DNA of 64,000 bases from an uncultured Acidimicrobiia bacterium (GTDB lineage Bacteria > Actinomycetota > Acidimicrobiia > Spongiisociales > JAENVV01). The stretch spans positions 26,403-90,402 of the forward strand of contig CBDTUI010000001.1 in assembly GCA_965363765.1 (NCBI GenBank). Reading direction: 5' to 3'. Positions 19,215 through 27,487 of the stretch are shown here, piece by piece. The notes below the pieces were generated by a model. The model was not told the DNA's origin. It worked only from the letters and a program-made list of their open reading frames with translations, and made no database searches. The number at the start of each line of letters is the position of its first letter. Position 1 is the first letter of the stretch. The position numbers and the translations under genes are program-made.

Positions 19215-19972
19215 TGCTGGTTGGCGCCCATGTCGACCCGGTCGATCCACTGGCGGCCGCCAGCGAACGAGGGGCCGACATCGTTCAGGTTTTCCTCTCG
19301 AATCCTCAATCGTGGAAGAAGCCACCACCTCGAGAAGACGCAGCAGTCCTGAAAGCTTCCGCCGTGGGGATCTATGTGCACGCCCCGTATCTCGTCAATG
19401 TGGTGTCCGGTAACAACCGGGTGCGGATCCCGTCTCGCAAGATTCTTCAGGACTCGGCCGATGCTGCTGCTGCAATAGGCGCGCTGGGCCTGATCGTCCA
19501 CGGTGGACACATGACCGGCGAGGAAACCGACGAAAACGAAGGGTTCGTCCGGTGGCGCAAAGCGCTGGAGGCGGTCGAAACCGACGTGCCGATCCTCATT
19601 GAGAACACTGCCGGCGGCGACGTTGCTATGGCGCGACAGATTGAAGTGATCGGGCGACTCTGGGCCGAGATCGGGGACCTGGGGCCGGGGTTTTGTCTCG
19701 ATACCTGTCATGCGTGGGCAGGAGGCGAACCGCTCGAGGGTCTAGTGGAGCGGGTGATGACTGCTACCGGGCGGATCGACCTGGTGCATTGCAACGATTC
19801 GAAGGATGGGTTCGATTCGCGCCGAGATCGCCACCAGAACCTGACTCGTGGGCAGATCCCCCCCGACGAGCTAGCTGAGTTTCTTCGGGCGGTTGACGCC
19901 CCAATTGTCGTTGAGACCCCCGGATCGGTTGCCGACCACATCGCCGATATAGCTTGGATCCGTAGCCTCTAA
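19211..19972 (+). CDS. nfo: Deoxyribonuclease IV (endonuclease IV, AP endonuclease family 2)
   Basis: Colinear with E. coli Nfo: [31 protein letters not shown] metal-binding motifs. The GTG start overlaps the upstream stop. Confidence 0.88.
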   Translation: MMLVGAHVDPVDPLAAASERGADIVQVFLSNPQSWKKPPPREDAAVLKASAVGIYVHAPYLVNVVSGNNRVRIPSRKILQDSADAAAAIGALGLIVHGGHMTGEETDENEGFVRWRKALEAVETDVPILIENTAGGDVAMARQIEVIGRLWAEIGDLGPGFCLDTCHAWAGGEPLEGLVERVMTATGRIDLVHCNDSKDGFDSRRDRHQNLTRGQIPPDELAEFLRAVDAPIVVETPGSVADHIADIAWIRSL

Positions 19973-19997
19973 CCGGTATTTTGAGCGATCGCTTGAC

Positions 19998-20032
19998 ATT
20001 GGATGCCGTCCCGCGATATAGTTTGAGCGAAC
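19998..20032 (+). promoter_or_regulatory. Sigma-70-like promoter (TTGACA-18 nt-TATAGT) flanked by an inverted repeat TTGAGCGATCGC / GCGATTGCTCAA
   Basis: A consensus -35 TTGACA and a -10 TATAGT lie upstream of the small membrane protein and TetR genes. The flanking 12-nt inverted repeats at 19982-19993 and 20042-20053 are a candidate TetR operator. Confidence 0.45.
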
Positions 20033-20072
20033 GATCAAAGCGATTGCTCAAGACGGTTCGATCAAAGGAGTA

Positions 20073-20468
20073 ATGATGGACTCGCTCATAGTGGTCTACG
20101 TGCTGTACGGAGTATCGGCAATCGGACTTACGGTGTGGTTAGCGAAGACGCTCTTTGCCAACGGAGCTGTGTTCCTCGAGGGAGTATTCAAAGACAATCA
20201 CGAACTGGCCGAAGCGCTGAACCGGCTGCTGGTGACCGGGTTCTACATGCTCAACCTGGGCTACGCGTTCCTGATCTTCAAGACCAACAGTCGCCCGATC
20301 GGAGCCATCGACTCGATCGAGCTGCTCGTCAATAAGATGGGCATCCTGCTCGTAAGCCTGGGGCTCATCCACTTTCTGAACATGATCGTCTTCTGGCGTC
20401 TTCGTAGAGGAAGCGAAACTCGGACCCCACCGCCGTTACCAACCCCCCAGGGTGACTTCCCTTGGTAG
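20073..20468 (+). CDS. Hypothetical small membrane protein (3-4 TM helices)
   Basis: RBS AAAGGAG precedes the ATG. Hydrophobic 131-aa product. Probably co-transcribed with the downstream TetR. Confidence 0.5.
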   Translation: MMDSLIVVYVLYGVSAIGLTVWLAKTLFANGAVFLEGVFKDNHELAEALNRLLVTGFYMLNLGYAFLIFKTNSRPIGAIDSIELLVNKMGILLVSLGLIHFLNMIVFWRLRRGSETRTPPPLPTPQGDFPW

Positions 20469-20505
20469 CAAACGGACCGAGCCGGATCGAAAGGATGCGA
20501 GAATC

Positions 20506-21147
20506 ATGACCCGATTCACGACGGAGCCCTTCATGCCACCCAAATCGGCCGGCGACAATACAAAGGAACGAATCCTCGATGCCGCCTTCGACACGCTTGT
20601 CGAAGACGGCATCACGGGAGCAAGTGCTCGGGCGATAGCGGCTCGAGGCGAATTTAATCAAGCACTGATCTTCTATCACTTCGGCAGCGTACGCGACTTG
20701 CTCATCGCCACCATCGAACGAGCATCTCAAATTCAGGTCGAGCGATATCGGGAACGAATCGAAGGCATCACTGACCTCGGGGACATGGTTCACGTAGCCG
20801 ACGCGCTCCATGCCGAAGATATGGAGCGGGGTTCGATCACCATGGTTGCTCAGCTCATGGCGGGAGCGGCGTCGGATCCGGAGATGGGTGAGGCGGTTGT
20901 TAAAGCTTTCCAACCGTGGATCGACCTGGTGGAAAAGGCCCTCAGGCAGGTATTCGCCGGATCACCCATCGAGCCGTTCCTGCCGTTTCCAGATATGGCG
21001 TACGGCATTTCGTCGCTGTTCCTGGGTCTTGAACTGCTGTCGAAGCTTGACCCCGACCATGAGCAGGACGAACGGATCTTTTCCATGATGACCATGGTTT
21101 CCGGGATGCTTGAAAACGTCATCGCCGGTAAGCCGCTACTCGGCTAG
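20506..21147 (+). CDS. TetR/AcrR family transcriptional regulator
   Basis: HTH KERILDAAFDTLVEDGITGASARAIAARGEFNQALIFYHFGSVRDLL. The start is set to ATG 20506, preceded by AAGGA. Confidence 0.85.
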   Translation: MTRFTTEPFMPPKSAGDNTKERILDAAFDTLVEDGITGASARAIAARGEFNQALIFYHFGSVRDLLIATIERASQIQVERYRERIEGITDLGDMVHVADALHAEDMERGSITMVAQLMAGAASDPEMGEAVVKAFQPWIDLVEKALRQVFAGSPIEPFLPFPDMAYGISSLFLGLELLSKLDPDHEQDERIFSMMTMVSGMLENVIAGKPLLG

Positions 21148-21599
21148 GAGTCTGCTCCTAGATCTGGGTTGACGGGGCATCCCACATCGGCGCGGGGCCA
21201 CTGCTCGACCCGGTCCTCATCGATGGCGATGTACACGTAGTCAAAATCAGCTTCAAGATCAACGTAGAGCTCGCGGACGGCCGAGTCCTCGCCGGGGAGG
21301 CCGTACGTGTGCGTTATGCCTGACGAAAAGAGATCGTCAAGTGGGTGCTCGGCCGGTCCGAAACTCAGTACCTGCCCGGCGTCGTTGGTCAGGGGTCCCA
21401 GCAGGCCGAGCGGGTCAGACGCGAACCGGTGCTCACCGAACTCGAGGAACGTAACGCCCTTCTCGTCGCAGATGAACTGGCTCGGGTACTCATTGACACC
21501 GTTAGCGATGCGGTCGTTGCCATCGACCCAAGGTCCGTGCTGGCTCGACGCGCACGCCCCGAGGACCAAAGCCATTGCCAGTATGAGAACCCGTCGCAT
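21144..21599 (-). CDS. Hypothetical secreted lipoprotein
   Basis: Signal peptide MRRVLILAMALVLGAC with a lipobox (LGAC). Confidence 0.5.
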   Translation of the reverse strand: MRRVLILAMALVLGACASSQHGPWVDGNDRIANGVNEYPSQFICDEKGVTFLEFGEHRFASDPLGLLGPLTNDAGQVLSFGPAEHPLDDLFSSGITHTYGLPGEDSAVRELYVDLEADFDYVYIAIDEDRVEQWPRADVGCPVNPDLGADS

Positions 21600-21619
21600 C
21601 CCACCAGGCTACTGGTAGC

Positions 21620-22261
21620 TTGCCGCTTGTGGAACTGACACAAAACGAAACCAGAGTGCTGGGTGCGCTCATCGAGAAGCACATGACCACCCCCGATCAC
21701 TACCCGCTCACGACGAACTCTCTCATGGCAGCCTGTAATCAGACCTCGAACCGCGACCCGGTGATGGAGCTCAGCGAAGGCGAAGCGATCGAGGCGATGG
21801 ATTCGCTTCGAAGCCAGGGACTAGCTCGAACGGTGAAGCGGACCGGGGAGCGAGCCCTGAAACACCTCGAAATTGCCGACGAGGGACTCGAGCTCAACCG
21901 TGAGCGGAAGGCGCTGCTCGGCGTATTGCTGTTGCGGGGTCCCCAGACGAGTGGCGAGCTGCGTCTACGAACCGAACGCTACGTTCAATTGGACAGCCTG
22001 GAAGAGGCCGACCGGATACTCGAATCGATGGCGACCGCCGACATTCCAGTGGCGGTCTTACTTGAACGGGCACCTGGCCAGAAAGAGGCGCGCTGGATGC
22101 ATCTGCTGGCCGGGGAAACTGCTGAGCATGCAGCTCCTTCCACCGGATCGGTCGCTACCGGACAAGTCGTTCCGTCCCGCTTGGAAGCGCTTGAAGCCGA
22201 AGTGTCGAAGCTCCAAGATCGCGTCAGCGAACTGGAATCACGGTTGGAACAGGACCGATAA
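21620..22261 (+). CDS. DUF480/YceH (UPF0502) family protein with a C-terminal coiled coil
   Basis: N-terminus L..E.RVLGALIEKHMTTPDHYPLTTNSLMAACNQTSNRDPVM, characteristic of YceH. TTG start. Confidence 0.75.
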   Translation: MPLVELTQNETRVLGALIEKHMTTPDHYPLTTNSLMAACNQTSNRDPVMELSEGEAIEAMDSLRSQGLARTVKRTGERALKHLEIADEGLELNRERKALLGVLLLRGPQTSGELRLRTERYVQLDSLEEADRILESMATADIPVAVLLERAPGQKEARWMHLLAGETAEHAAPSTGSVATGQVVPSRLEALEAEVSKLQDRVSELESRLEQDR

Positions 22262-22618
22262 GTCAACACTGATTGTCGAGTCATCCGGCAGGCCGACCAA
22301 GTCGCCGCCGTAGTCCTCGAGAGCGAATCGGTAGCTGGCGTTCGGCATGTAGCGGGGGCAATCGGCAGAAACCCCATCGACGCACGGCGCCATGGTGATG
22401 ACCTCCATCAGCTTCCCGTCGCCATCGAAGAAAGCCACATCCAATGGAATCGGAACGGTCCACATCCAGAACGATCCCGAGGCCGGCGTCTCCCATGCGA
22501 ACAACATGGCGTCAACATCACCGAGCGATGTCACTCCCATCAGCCCCTGCGCCCGCCGCGCGCTGTCGTCGGCTACTGCCACCATCAGATCTACGCCGTT
22601 GAGCTGAATGGTGGCCAA
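22238..22618 (-). CDS. DUF192 (COG1430) domain protein. An in-frame upstream lipoprotein signal lacks a canonical start.
   Basis: DUF192 core (GLMGVTSLGDVDAMLFAW...). Upstream in the same frame (22619-22837) the sequence reads GGATRPFLAALLVGLLTSCTSGS plus a Thr/Pro linker, with no ATG/GTG/TTG. This suggests a non-canonical start or an indel. Confidence 0.55.
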   Translation of the reverse strand: MATIQLNGVDLMVAVADDSARRAQGLMGVTSLGDVDAMLFAWETPASGSFWMWTVPIPLDVAFFDGDGKLMEVITMAPCVDGVSADCPRYMPNASYRFALEDYGGDLVGLPDDSTISVDLSVLFQP

Positions 22619-22803
22619 TTCGAAGCCCTCGATATCGCCGGTGTTGATCGTCGTGGCGGTGGACGGCGGATCGGGATGGGTCTGTGTCGTTGTCGGCGCT
22701 GGTGCGGTAGTCGTCGGCCCAGCCGTGACTGTCGTGGTTGTTGTTGAATTGCCAAGAACAACGGGCTCCGCAGGGGAGCCCGAAGTGCAACTGGTGAGGA
22801 GTC

Positions 22804-23682
22804 CTACCAGGAGAGCGGCCAGGAAAGGTCGCGTGGCTCCTCCTCAAATAGGGCGGCGGCTGCCTCGTCGGTCATGTGATAGGTCTCAGCTTCGCCGGGG
22901 AACGTTTCGCTGCGAACGTCAGCGGCATATTGGGTGAGGGCTTCGATGGCCTGGACGCGCAGGTCGGCATACTTGCGAACAAACTTGGCGTAGTGACCGT
23001 CGTGCAGACCCAGGACGTCGTGCCAGACCAGTACCTGACCGTCGCAGTGGACCCCGGCCCCGATACCGATGGTGGGTATGCCGATCTCCTTGGTGATGAC
23101 CTGGGCGACGGTGTCGGGCACGCCTTCGAGGACGATCGCAAAGACGCCGGCGTCGGCGAGGGCTTTGGCGTCGGCGATCATCTCCTTGGCGTCGGCGACC
23201 GCCCGTCCTTGGACCTTGTATCCGCCCATGGCGTGCACCGACTGGGGGGTCAGTCCGATGTGGGCCATGACGGGAATTTCGGCATTGATGATTGCCTCTA
23301 CAACCGGTAGTCGGTTGATTCCGCCCTCTAGCTTTACCGCTTCCGCCCCACCCTCACGGATGAGACGCGAGGCGTTCCGCACCGCTTCGGATGTGGAGAT
23401 GTGATAGCTCATCCATGGCAAATCACCGAGCACCAGGCTGTGGGGCTTGGCTCTCGCTACTGCGGCGGTGTGGTGAATCATGATGTCGACGTCTACAGCC
23501 AGGGTGTGATCGTGTCCGAGCATGGCGTTGGCGACAGAGTCCCCAACGAGGATGATGTCGATGCCCGCAGCTGAGGCGATCGATGCGGAAGGGGCGTCGT
23601 AGGCGGTCACCATGGCGATCCGTTCGCCGCCTTTGCGGGCTGCGATAGCCGGTGCCGTGACCTTCTTGGGTGCGTCACCCAT
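22804..23682 (-). CDS. panB: 3-methyl-2-oxobutanoate hydroxymethyltransferase
   Basis: IAMVTAYDAPSASIASAAGIDIILVGDSVANAMLGHDHT. 293 aa from ATG 23682. Confidence 0.9.
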   Translation of the reverse strand: MGDAPKKVTAPAIAARKGGERIAMVTAYDAPSASIASAAGIDIILVGDSVANAMLGHDHTLAVDVDIMIHHTAAVARAKPHSLVLGDLPWMSYHISTSEAVRNASRLIREGGAEAVKLEGGINRLPVVEAIINAEIPVMAHIGLTPQSVHAMGGYKVQGRAVADAKEMIADAKALADAGVFAIVLEGVPDTVAQVITKEIGIPTIGIGAGVHCDGQVLVWHDVLGLHDGHYAKFVRKYADLRVQAIEALTQYAADVRSETFPGEAETYHMTDEAAAALFEEEPRDLSWPLSW

Positions 23683-23865
23683 GCGTGTGCTCCTGTCTCC
23701 CCACCTCTTCGAGGTTGAGGGATGTGGCGGGTTTCCGGTTGTTGAAAGTCCGACATCCGATGCCAAGTGGTCACCAGTGTCTTTTTTCAGGATAGCCGTA
23801 GCTGACTTAATCCGTTTTTCGAACCACTCCGTACTAGTACTAAATAGATTCTACAGGAGGTTATT

Positions 23866-24651
23866 GTGAGAAAGCTATCGCTATTCGTAATGGCACTGGC
23901 GGTTATGGCCGTATCGGTGCCAGCCGTGGCACAAGAGACGCCCCGCATTCACCTGATTCATGGCATCCCCGACACAGCTGTCGATGTGGAAGCCGGTGGC
24001 GAGAATGTATTCGAAAACTTTCAGTTCGGCGAGACGCAGGATCTTTCCTCGTTGGCAGGTGCCACGCTCGAAGGCTTGACGGTCAAGTTGGCCGGAACCG
24101 ACACGGTTGCTATCGATGCCGGTGATGTTGCATTGCCAGCTTCGGGTAACTACACGATCATCGCTCATCTCACCGCAGACGGTACGCCGACACTTGCCGT
24201 GTTTGAGAATGACACGTCGTCCATCGCTGCCGGTGAAGGCCGTCTAACCGTTCGCCATACCGCTGCGGCTCCTCCCGTCGACGTTCTGGCCAATGGCGCA
24301 GTTGCGTTCTCAAACCTGGCCAACCCTGATGGCGCTTCAGCTGATCTTGCCGTCGGCACGATCTCGGCGACGGTTGTTCCGACCGGAACCACTGAGCCGG
24401 TTGTAATCGGCCCAGCCGACCTTCCGATCGCCGACGGGACGTCGCTGATCGTCTATGCCGTCGGTTCGCTGGATGCTGAATCGCTGACTGTCCTGACTGA
24501 AAGCATCAGTGGTCTTGGTACCGCTCCCGCTGCAGTCAACACGGGCAACAGCCCGGTTGCGACTACTTCGCCATACGTCGTTGCCGGTGGAGTCCTGGCC
24601 GTCGCCATGGTTGGTTTCGCAGCTCGCCGTCGCACAGCGTTCGACAACTAG
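23866..24651 (+). CDS. Secreted DUF4397-like repeat protein with a C-terminal sortase-type sorting signal
   Basis: RBS AGGAGG. Signal peptide MRKLSLFVMALAVMAVSVPAVAQE. C-terminus: ...NTGNSPVATTSPYVVAGGVLAVAMVGFAARRRTAFDN, a hydrophobic helix followed by a basic tail. Confidence 0.65.
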   Translation: MRKLSLFVMALAVMAVSVPAVAQETPRIHLIHGIPDTAVDVEAGGENVFENFQFGETQDLSSLAGATLEGLTVKLAGTDTVAIDAGDVALPASGNYTIIAHLTADGTPTLAVFENDTSSIAAGEGRLTVRHTAAAPPVDVLANGAVAFSNLANPDGASADLAVGTISATVVPTGTTEPVVIGPADLPIADGTSLIVYAVGSLDAESLTVLTESISGLGTAPAAVNTGNSPVATTSPYVVAGGVLAVAMVGFAARRRTAFDN

Positions 24652-24662
24652 GTCCTCCATTG

Positions 24663-24707
24663 AAAGGGGTTGGGGTGCCACTTGGCACCCCAACCCCTTT
24701 TGCTTGC
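24663..24707 (+). terminator. Rho-independent terminator or attenuator hairpin between the DUF4397 gene and the sortase gene
   Basis: Perfect 17-bp stem AAAGGGGTTGGGGTGCC / GGCACCCCAACCCCTTT with loop ACTT, then TGCTTGCTTC. Confidence 0.7.
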
Positions 24708-24710
24708 TTC

Positions 24711-25379
24711 ATGCGCTACCTTCTTCTTCTCTTTTTGGTTGCCGCCACGGTCGCTTGCGCGGGTGAGTCTGCCCCCCCTTCCGTAGCCGCTCCAACGGCG
24801 GCTACGGTCTCACCGACCACGGCCGTAGACGGGCCGACCACTACGACCTCGATATCGACTTCCGAGGCGAATGAACTTTCCGAACTGACCAGACCGCTCG
24901 AGTCGGCAATCTACGATCCCGACGCGTTCTTTCCTGAGTCCACCAACCCGGTCGGTCTTCGTATTGACGCTATCGACGTCGAGTCGCCGGTAATTCCTGT
25001 CGGGGTTCTCGACAACGGCGAAATGGAAATCCCGGGAGCTGCCGAAGTTGGTTGGTATCGCTATGGGCCTTCACCCGGCGAGAGCGGATCAGCCGTCCTC
25101 GCTGCCCATATTGCCTACAACGGTCGTAACGGCGTGTTCCGCAAGCTCGACCGAATGCAAGTTGGCGACACATTTGAAGTTGTTTACGACGACGGTTCGG
25201 TAGGCCCTTTTGTGGTCACCGAGGTTGCCCATTACGGCAAGGCCGCGTTGCCCTTTGACCGGGTTTTTGCCAAAGACGGAGATGCCGAACTTGTGCTCAT
25301 TACCTGTGGCGGGACGTTCAATGAGTCGTTGAGGTCATACGAAGACAATTTCGTCGTATACGCGACACCCTCCACCTAG
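24711..25379 (+). CDS. Class F sortase (transpeptidase)
   Basis: N-terminal TM/lipobox, catalytic His (LAAHIAYNG), TLxTC motif (LVLITCGG) and a downstream Arg. ~220 aa. The start is set to ATG 24711. Confidence 0.8.
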   Translation: MRYLLLLFLVAATVACAGESAPPSVAAPTAATVSPTTAVDGPTTTTSISTSEANELSELTRPLESAIYDPDAFFPESTNPVGLRIDAIDVESPVIPVGVLDNGEMEIPGAAEVGWYRYGPSPGESGSAVLAAHIAYNGRNGVFRKLDRMQVGDTFEVVYDDGSVGPFVVTEVAHYGKAALPFDRVFAKDGDAELVLITCGGTFNESLRSYEDNFVVYATPST

Positions 25380-25407
25380 CTCTCTCTCTCTCTCTCTCTC
25401 TCTCTCT
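25380..25407. repeat. (CT)14 dinucleotide microsatellite
   Basis: An uninterrupted CTCTCT... run of 28 nt directly after the sortase stop and ~75 nt upstream of the VWA lipoprotein start. Confidence 0.95.
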
Positions 25408-25482
25408 GGGTGAGGGAACCGATCGTTGCGTGGTCAGCGTCCGAGGTTGTGAGCCTGCGGGCTCGTGACCAAGGAGAGCACC

Positions 25483-27102
25483 ATGAATCGAAAGCTTTTG
25501 ACCGGAGTTTTGGCAGCGGCACTAATCCTCGGGGCCTGTGCCTCGACCAGCGGAACGAAGACAACTGCCTGGGGGACCGAACCGCGGAGCGGACCGGCTG
25601 ACACGCAGAGTCGGAGTTCCGACCCCTGGGTCACAGACCCGAGCGACGCTCGCGTGACTCCCGATGCCGTGGATTCAGCGGTGGGCGTGTACTCCGAAGA
25701 GCGAGCGGCCAGCTCGTCGAGTCCTGACTTGTATGGGAACGCCGACTTTGTTGGAGAGTCTCCTAACCCGGCCATAGATCCGCTGCGCGACGGATTCTCG
25801 ACCTTCGCCCTCGACGTCGATACCGGTTCCTATTCGATCGGCAAACGATTTGTGGAAGACGGGTATCTGCCTGATCCCGACTCGGTGAGGACTGAGGAAT
25901 ACGTGAACGCCCTCGACTACCACTACCCCCAGCCCGGCAGAGGAGACGACTTTGCCATCCATCTGATGGGGGGCGTTACACCGTTCGTCGCCGACCCCGA
26001 CACGTATTTGTTTCAGGTCGGCCTACAGGCCTTCGACGTCGAAGACGAAGACCGTCCGCACGCCAATCTCACTTTCGTGATCGACGTGTCGGGTTCCATG
26101 AGCAATGACAACAAGTTGGACATCGTCAAGGACGCGCTCGTAGAGCTGGTTGACAACCTTGGAGTTGATGACCAGGTCGGCATCGTTGCCTACGACAATT
26201 ATGCCGAGGTCATCCTCGAACCGACCTCGGTGCGGTACGCAGATGAGATCGTGCGAGCCATCGAGCGGCTCTATCCGGGCGGAAGCACCAATGCCGAGGC
26301 CGGCCTCGTCGCCGGGTACGAACTCGCCGAAGCGGCGTTTGATCGCAACGCCATCAATCGAGTGATACTCGCTTCCGATGGGGTCGCCAACGTCGGCGAG
26401 ACCGACCCCAACGGGATCTTGGCTTCAATTTCCGAAGCGGCCGGAGACGGCATCAATCTCGTCACGGTCGGCGTCGGGATGGGTGAGTACAACGACTACC
26501 TGCTCGAGCAACTCGCCGACAACGGCGACGGGTTCTATGCCTACGTGAACTCGTACGACGAGATTCGCGATCTTTTTGTAACCGACCTGACCGGGACGCT
26601 GTACACCGTCGCCAAAGACGCCAAGGTCCAGGTCGAGTTCAATCCGGATACGGTCCTGTCGTATCGCTTGCTCGGATACGAGAACCGGGCCATTGCAGAC
26701 GACGACTTTCGCAATGATGCGGTCGATGCCGGAGAGATCGGCGCCGGGCACGCCGTTACTGCCATCTACGAGATCGTGCTGACTGAGGAAGCCAGCCGCC
26801 GCGACGAGGTAGCCACCGTGACCATGCGATGGCTCAACCCGAACTCCAACCAGGCGATCGAACTCGACGGACGGTTCACGGTCGGCGACCTGAACGACGA
26901 CTTTGACCGGGCTCCGAAGGCGTTCAAAGCCGCCACCACGGTCGCTGCCTATGCCGAGCTGCTCCGTGAATCGCGGTTTGGACGAGCTATTGACTGGGGT
27001 CACCTTGTGGGGGTGGTCGATGACGTGGCCAGGGATCTCCGTGATAGCGACTTCGATGACTTCTCCGACCTCGTGTATGACGCCTACCGAATTGATAGCT
27101 AG
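25483..27102 (+). CDS. von Willebrand factor type A (VWA) domain lipoprotein, YfbK-like (VWA plus DUF3520-type C-terminus)
   Basis: RBS AAGGAG. Lipoprotein signal MNRKLLTGVLAAALILGAC. VWA MIDAS motif DVSGSM...GGSTNAE. Confidence 0.8.
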   Translation: MNRKLLTGVLAAALILGACASTSGTKTTAWGTEPRSGPADTQSRSSDPWVTDPSDARVTPDAVDSAVGVYSEERAASSSSPDLYGNADFVGESPNPAIDPLRDGFSTFALDVDTGSYSIGKRFVEDGYLPDPDSVRTEEYVNALDYHYPQPGRGDDFAIHLMGGVTPFVADPDTYLFQVGLQAFDVEDEDRPHANLTFVIDVSGSMSNDNKLDIVKDALVELVDNLGVDDQVGIVAYDNYAEVILEPTSVRYADEIVRAIERLYPGGSTNAEAGLVAGYELAEAAFDRNAINRVILASDGVANVGETDPNGILASISEAAGDGINLVTVGVGMGEYNDYLLEQLADNGDGFYAYVNSYDEIRDLFVTDLTGTLYTVAKDAKVQVEFNPDTVLSYRLLGYENRAIADDDFRNDAVDAGEIGAGHAVTAIYEIVLTEEASRRDEVATVTMRWLNPNSNQAIELDGRFTVGDLNDDFDRAPKAFKAATTVAAYAELLRESRFGRAIDWGHLVGVVDDVARDLRDSDFDDFSDLVYDAYRIDS

Positions 27103-27194
27103 ATCGCCTCGCAGGGGGCGGTCCCAAACGGACCGCCCCCAATCGTCGCGTTCTCCTTCTGCGAGGATGAGAAGATGGCCGCACCAGAGCTGCT

Positions 27195-27469
27195 CGAAAA
27201 GGAGGTTGGGGGGAATTCCGAGCGACCAGACTGCTGCCTTCTTGGATCTCTTGAACGAGCTATCTGACGATCGGGTTGCACTCGGCGTTCTGAAACTCGC
27301 AGACGGCGACATCGAGCAACTTTTGCTTTGGCTTGATATGGCCCGCGTCGATTGGCGAGATGTGCTGGCCGCTGCGGAGTATCCCCGCCAGATCAGGATT
27401 CAGGGTCCCGCACCCGCCGCGGTGATTGCCGCCGACCTGTCCGAATATGAGAGCTGGCTCGAAGAGTAA
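27195..27469 (+). CDS. Hypothetical small acidic protein (LDLLNELSDDRVALGVLKLADGDIEQLLLWLD...). Start unclear.
   Basis: Coding-like C-terminal part of track ORF 26903..27469, lying downstream of the VWA stop. AAAAGGAGG is at 27186-27194. The only nearby in-frame start is a poorly spaced TTG. Confidence 0.3.
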
Positions 27470-27487
27470 CTCGACCTTCGAATAGGA

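Noticed and set aside
18467-19711. ORFs 18467..18910 minus, 18582..19328 minus, 18944..19711 minus
   Set aside because: They lie antisense to the pyrE, PH-domain and nfo genes. No motifs. Composition typical of non-coding antisense frames.
26425-27312. ORF 26425..27312 minus strand (295 aa)
   Set aside because: Antisense to the well-supported VWA gene.
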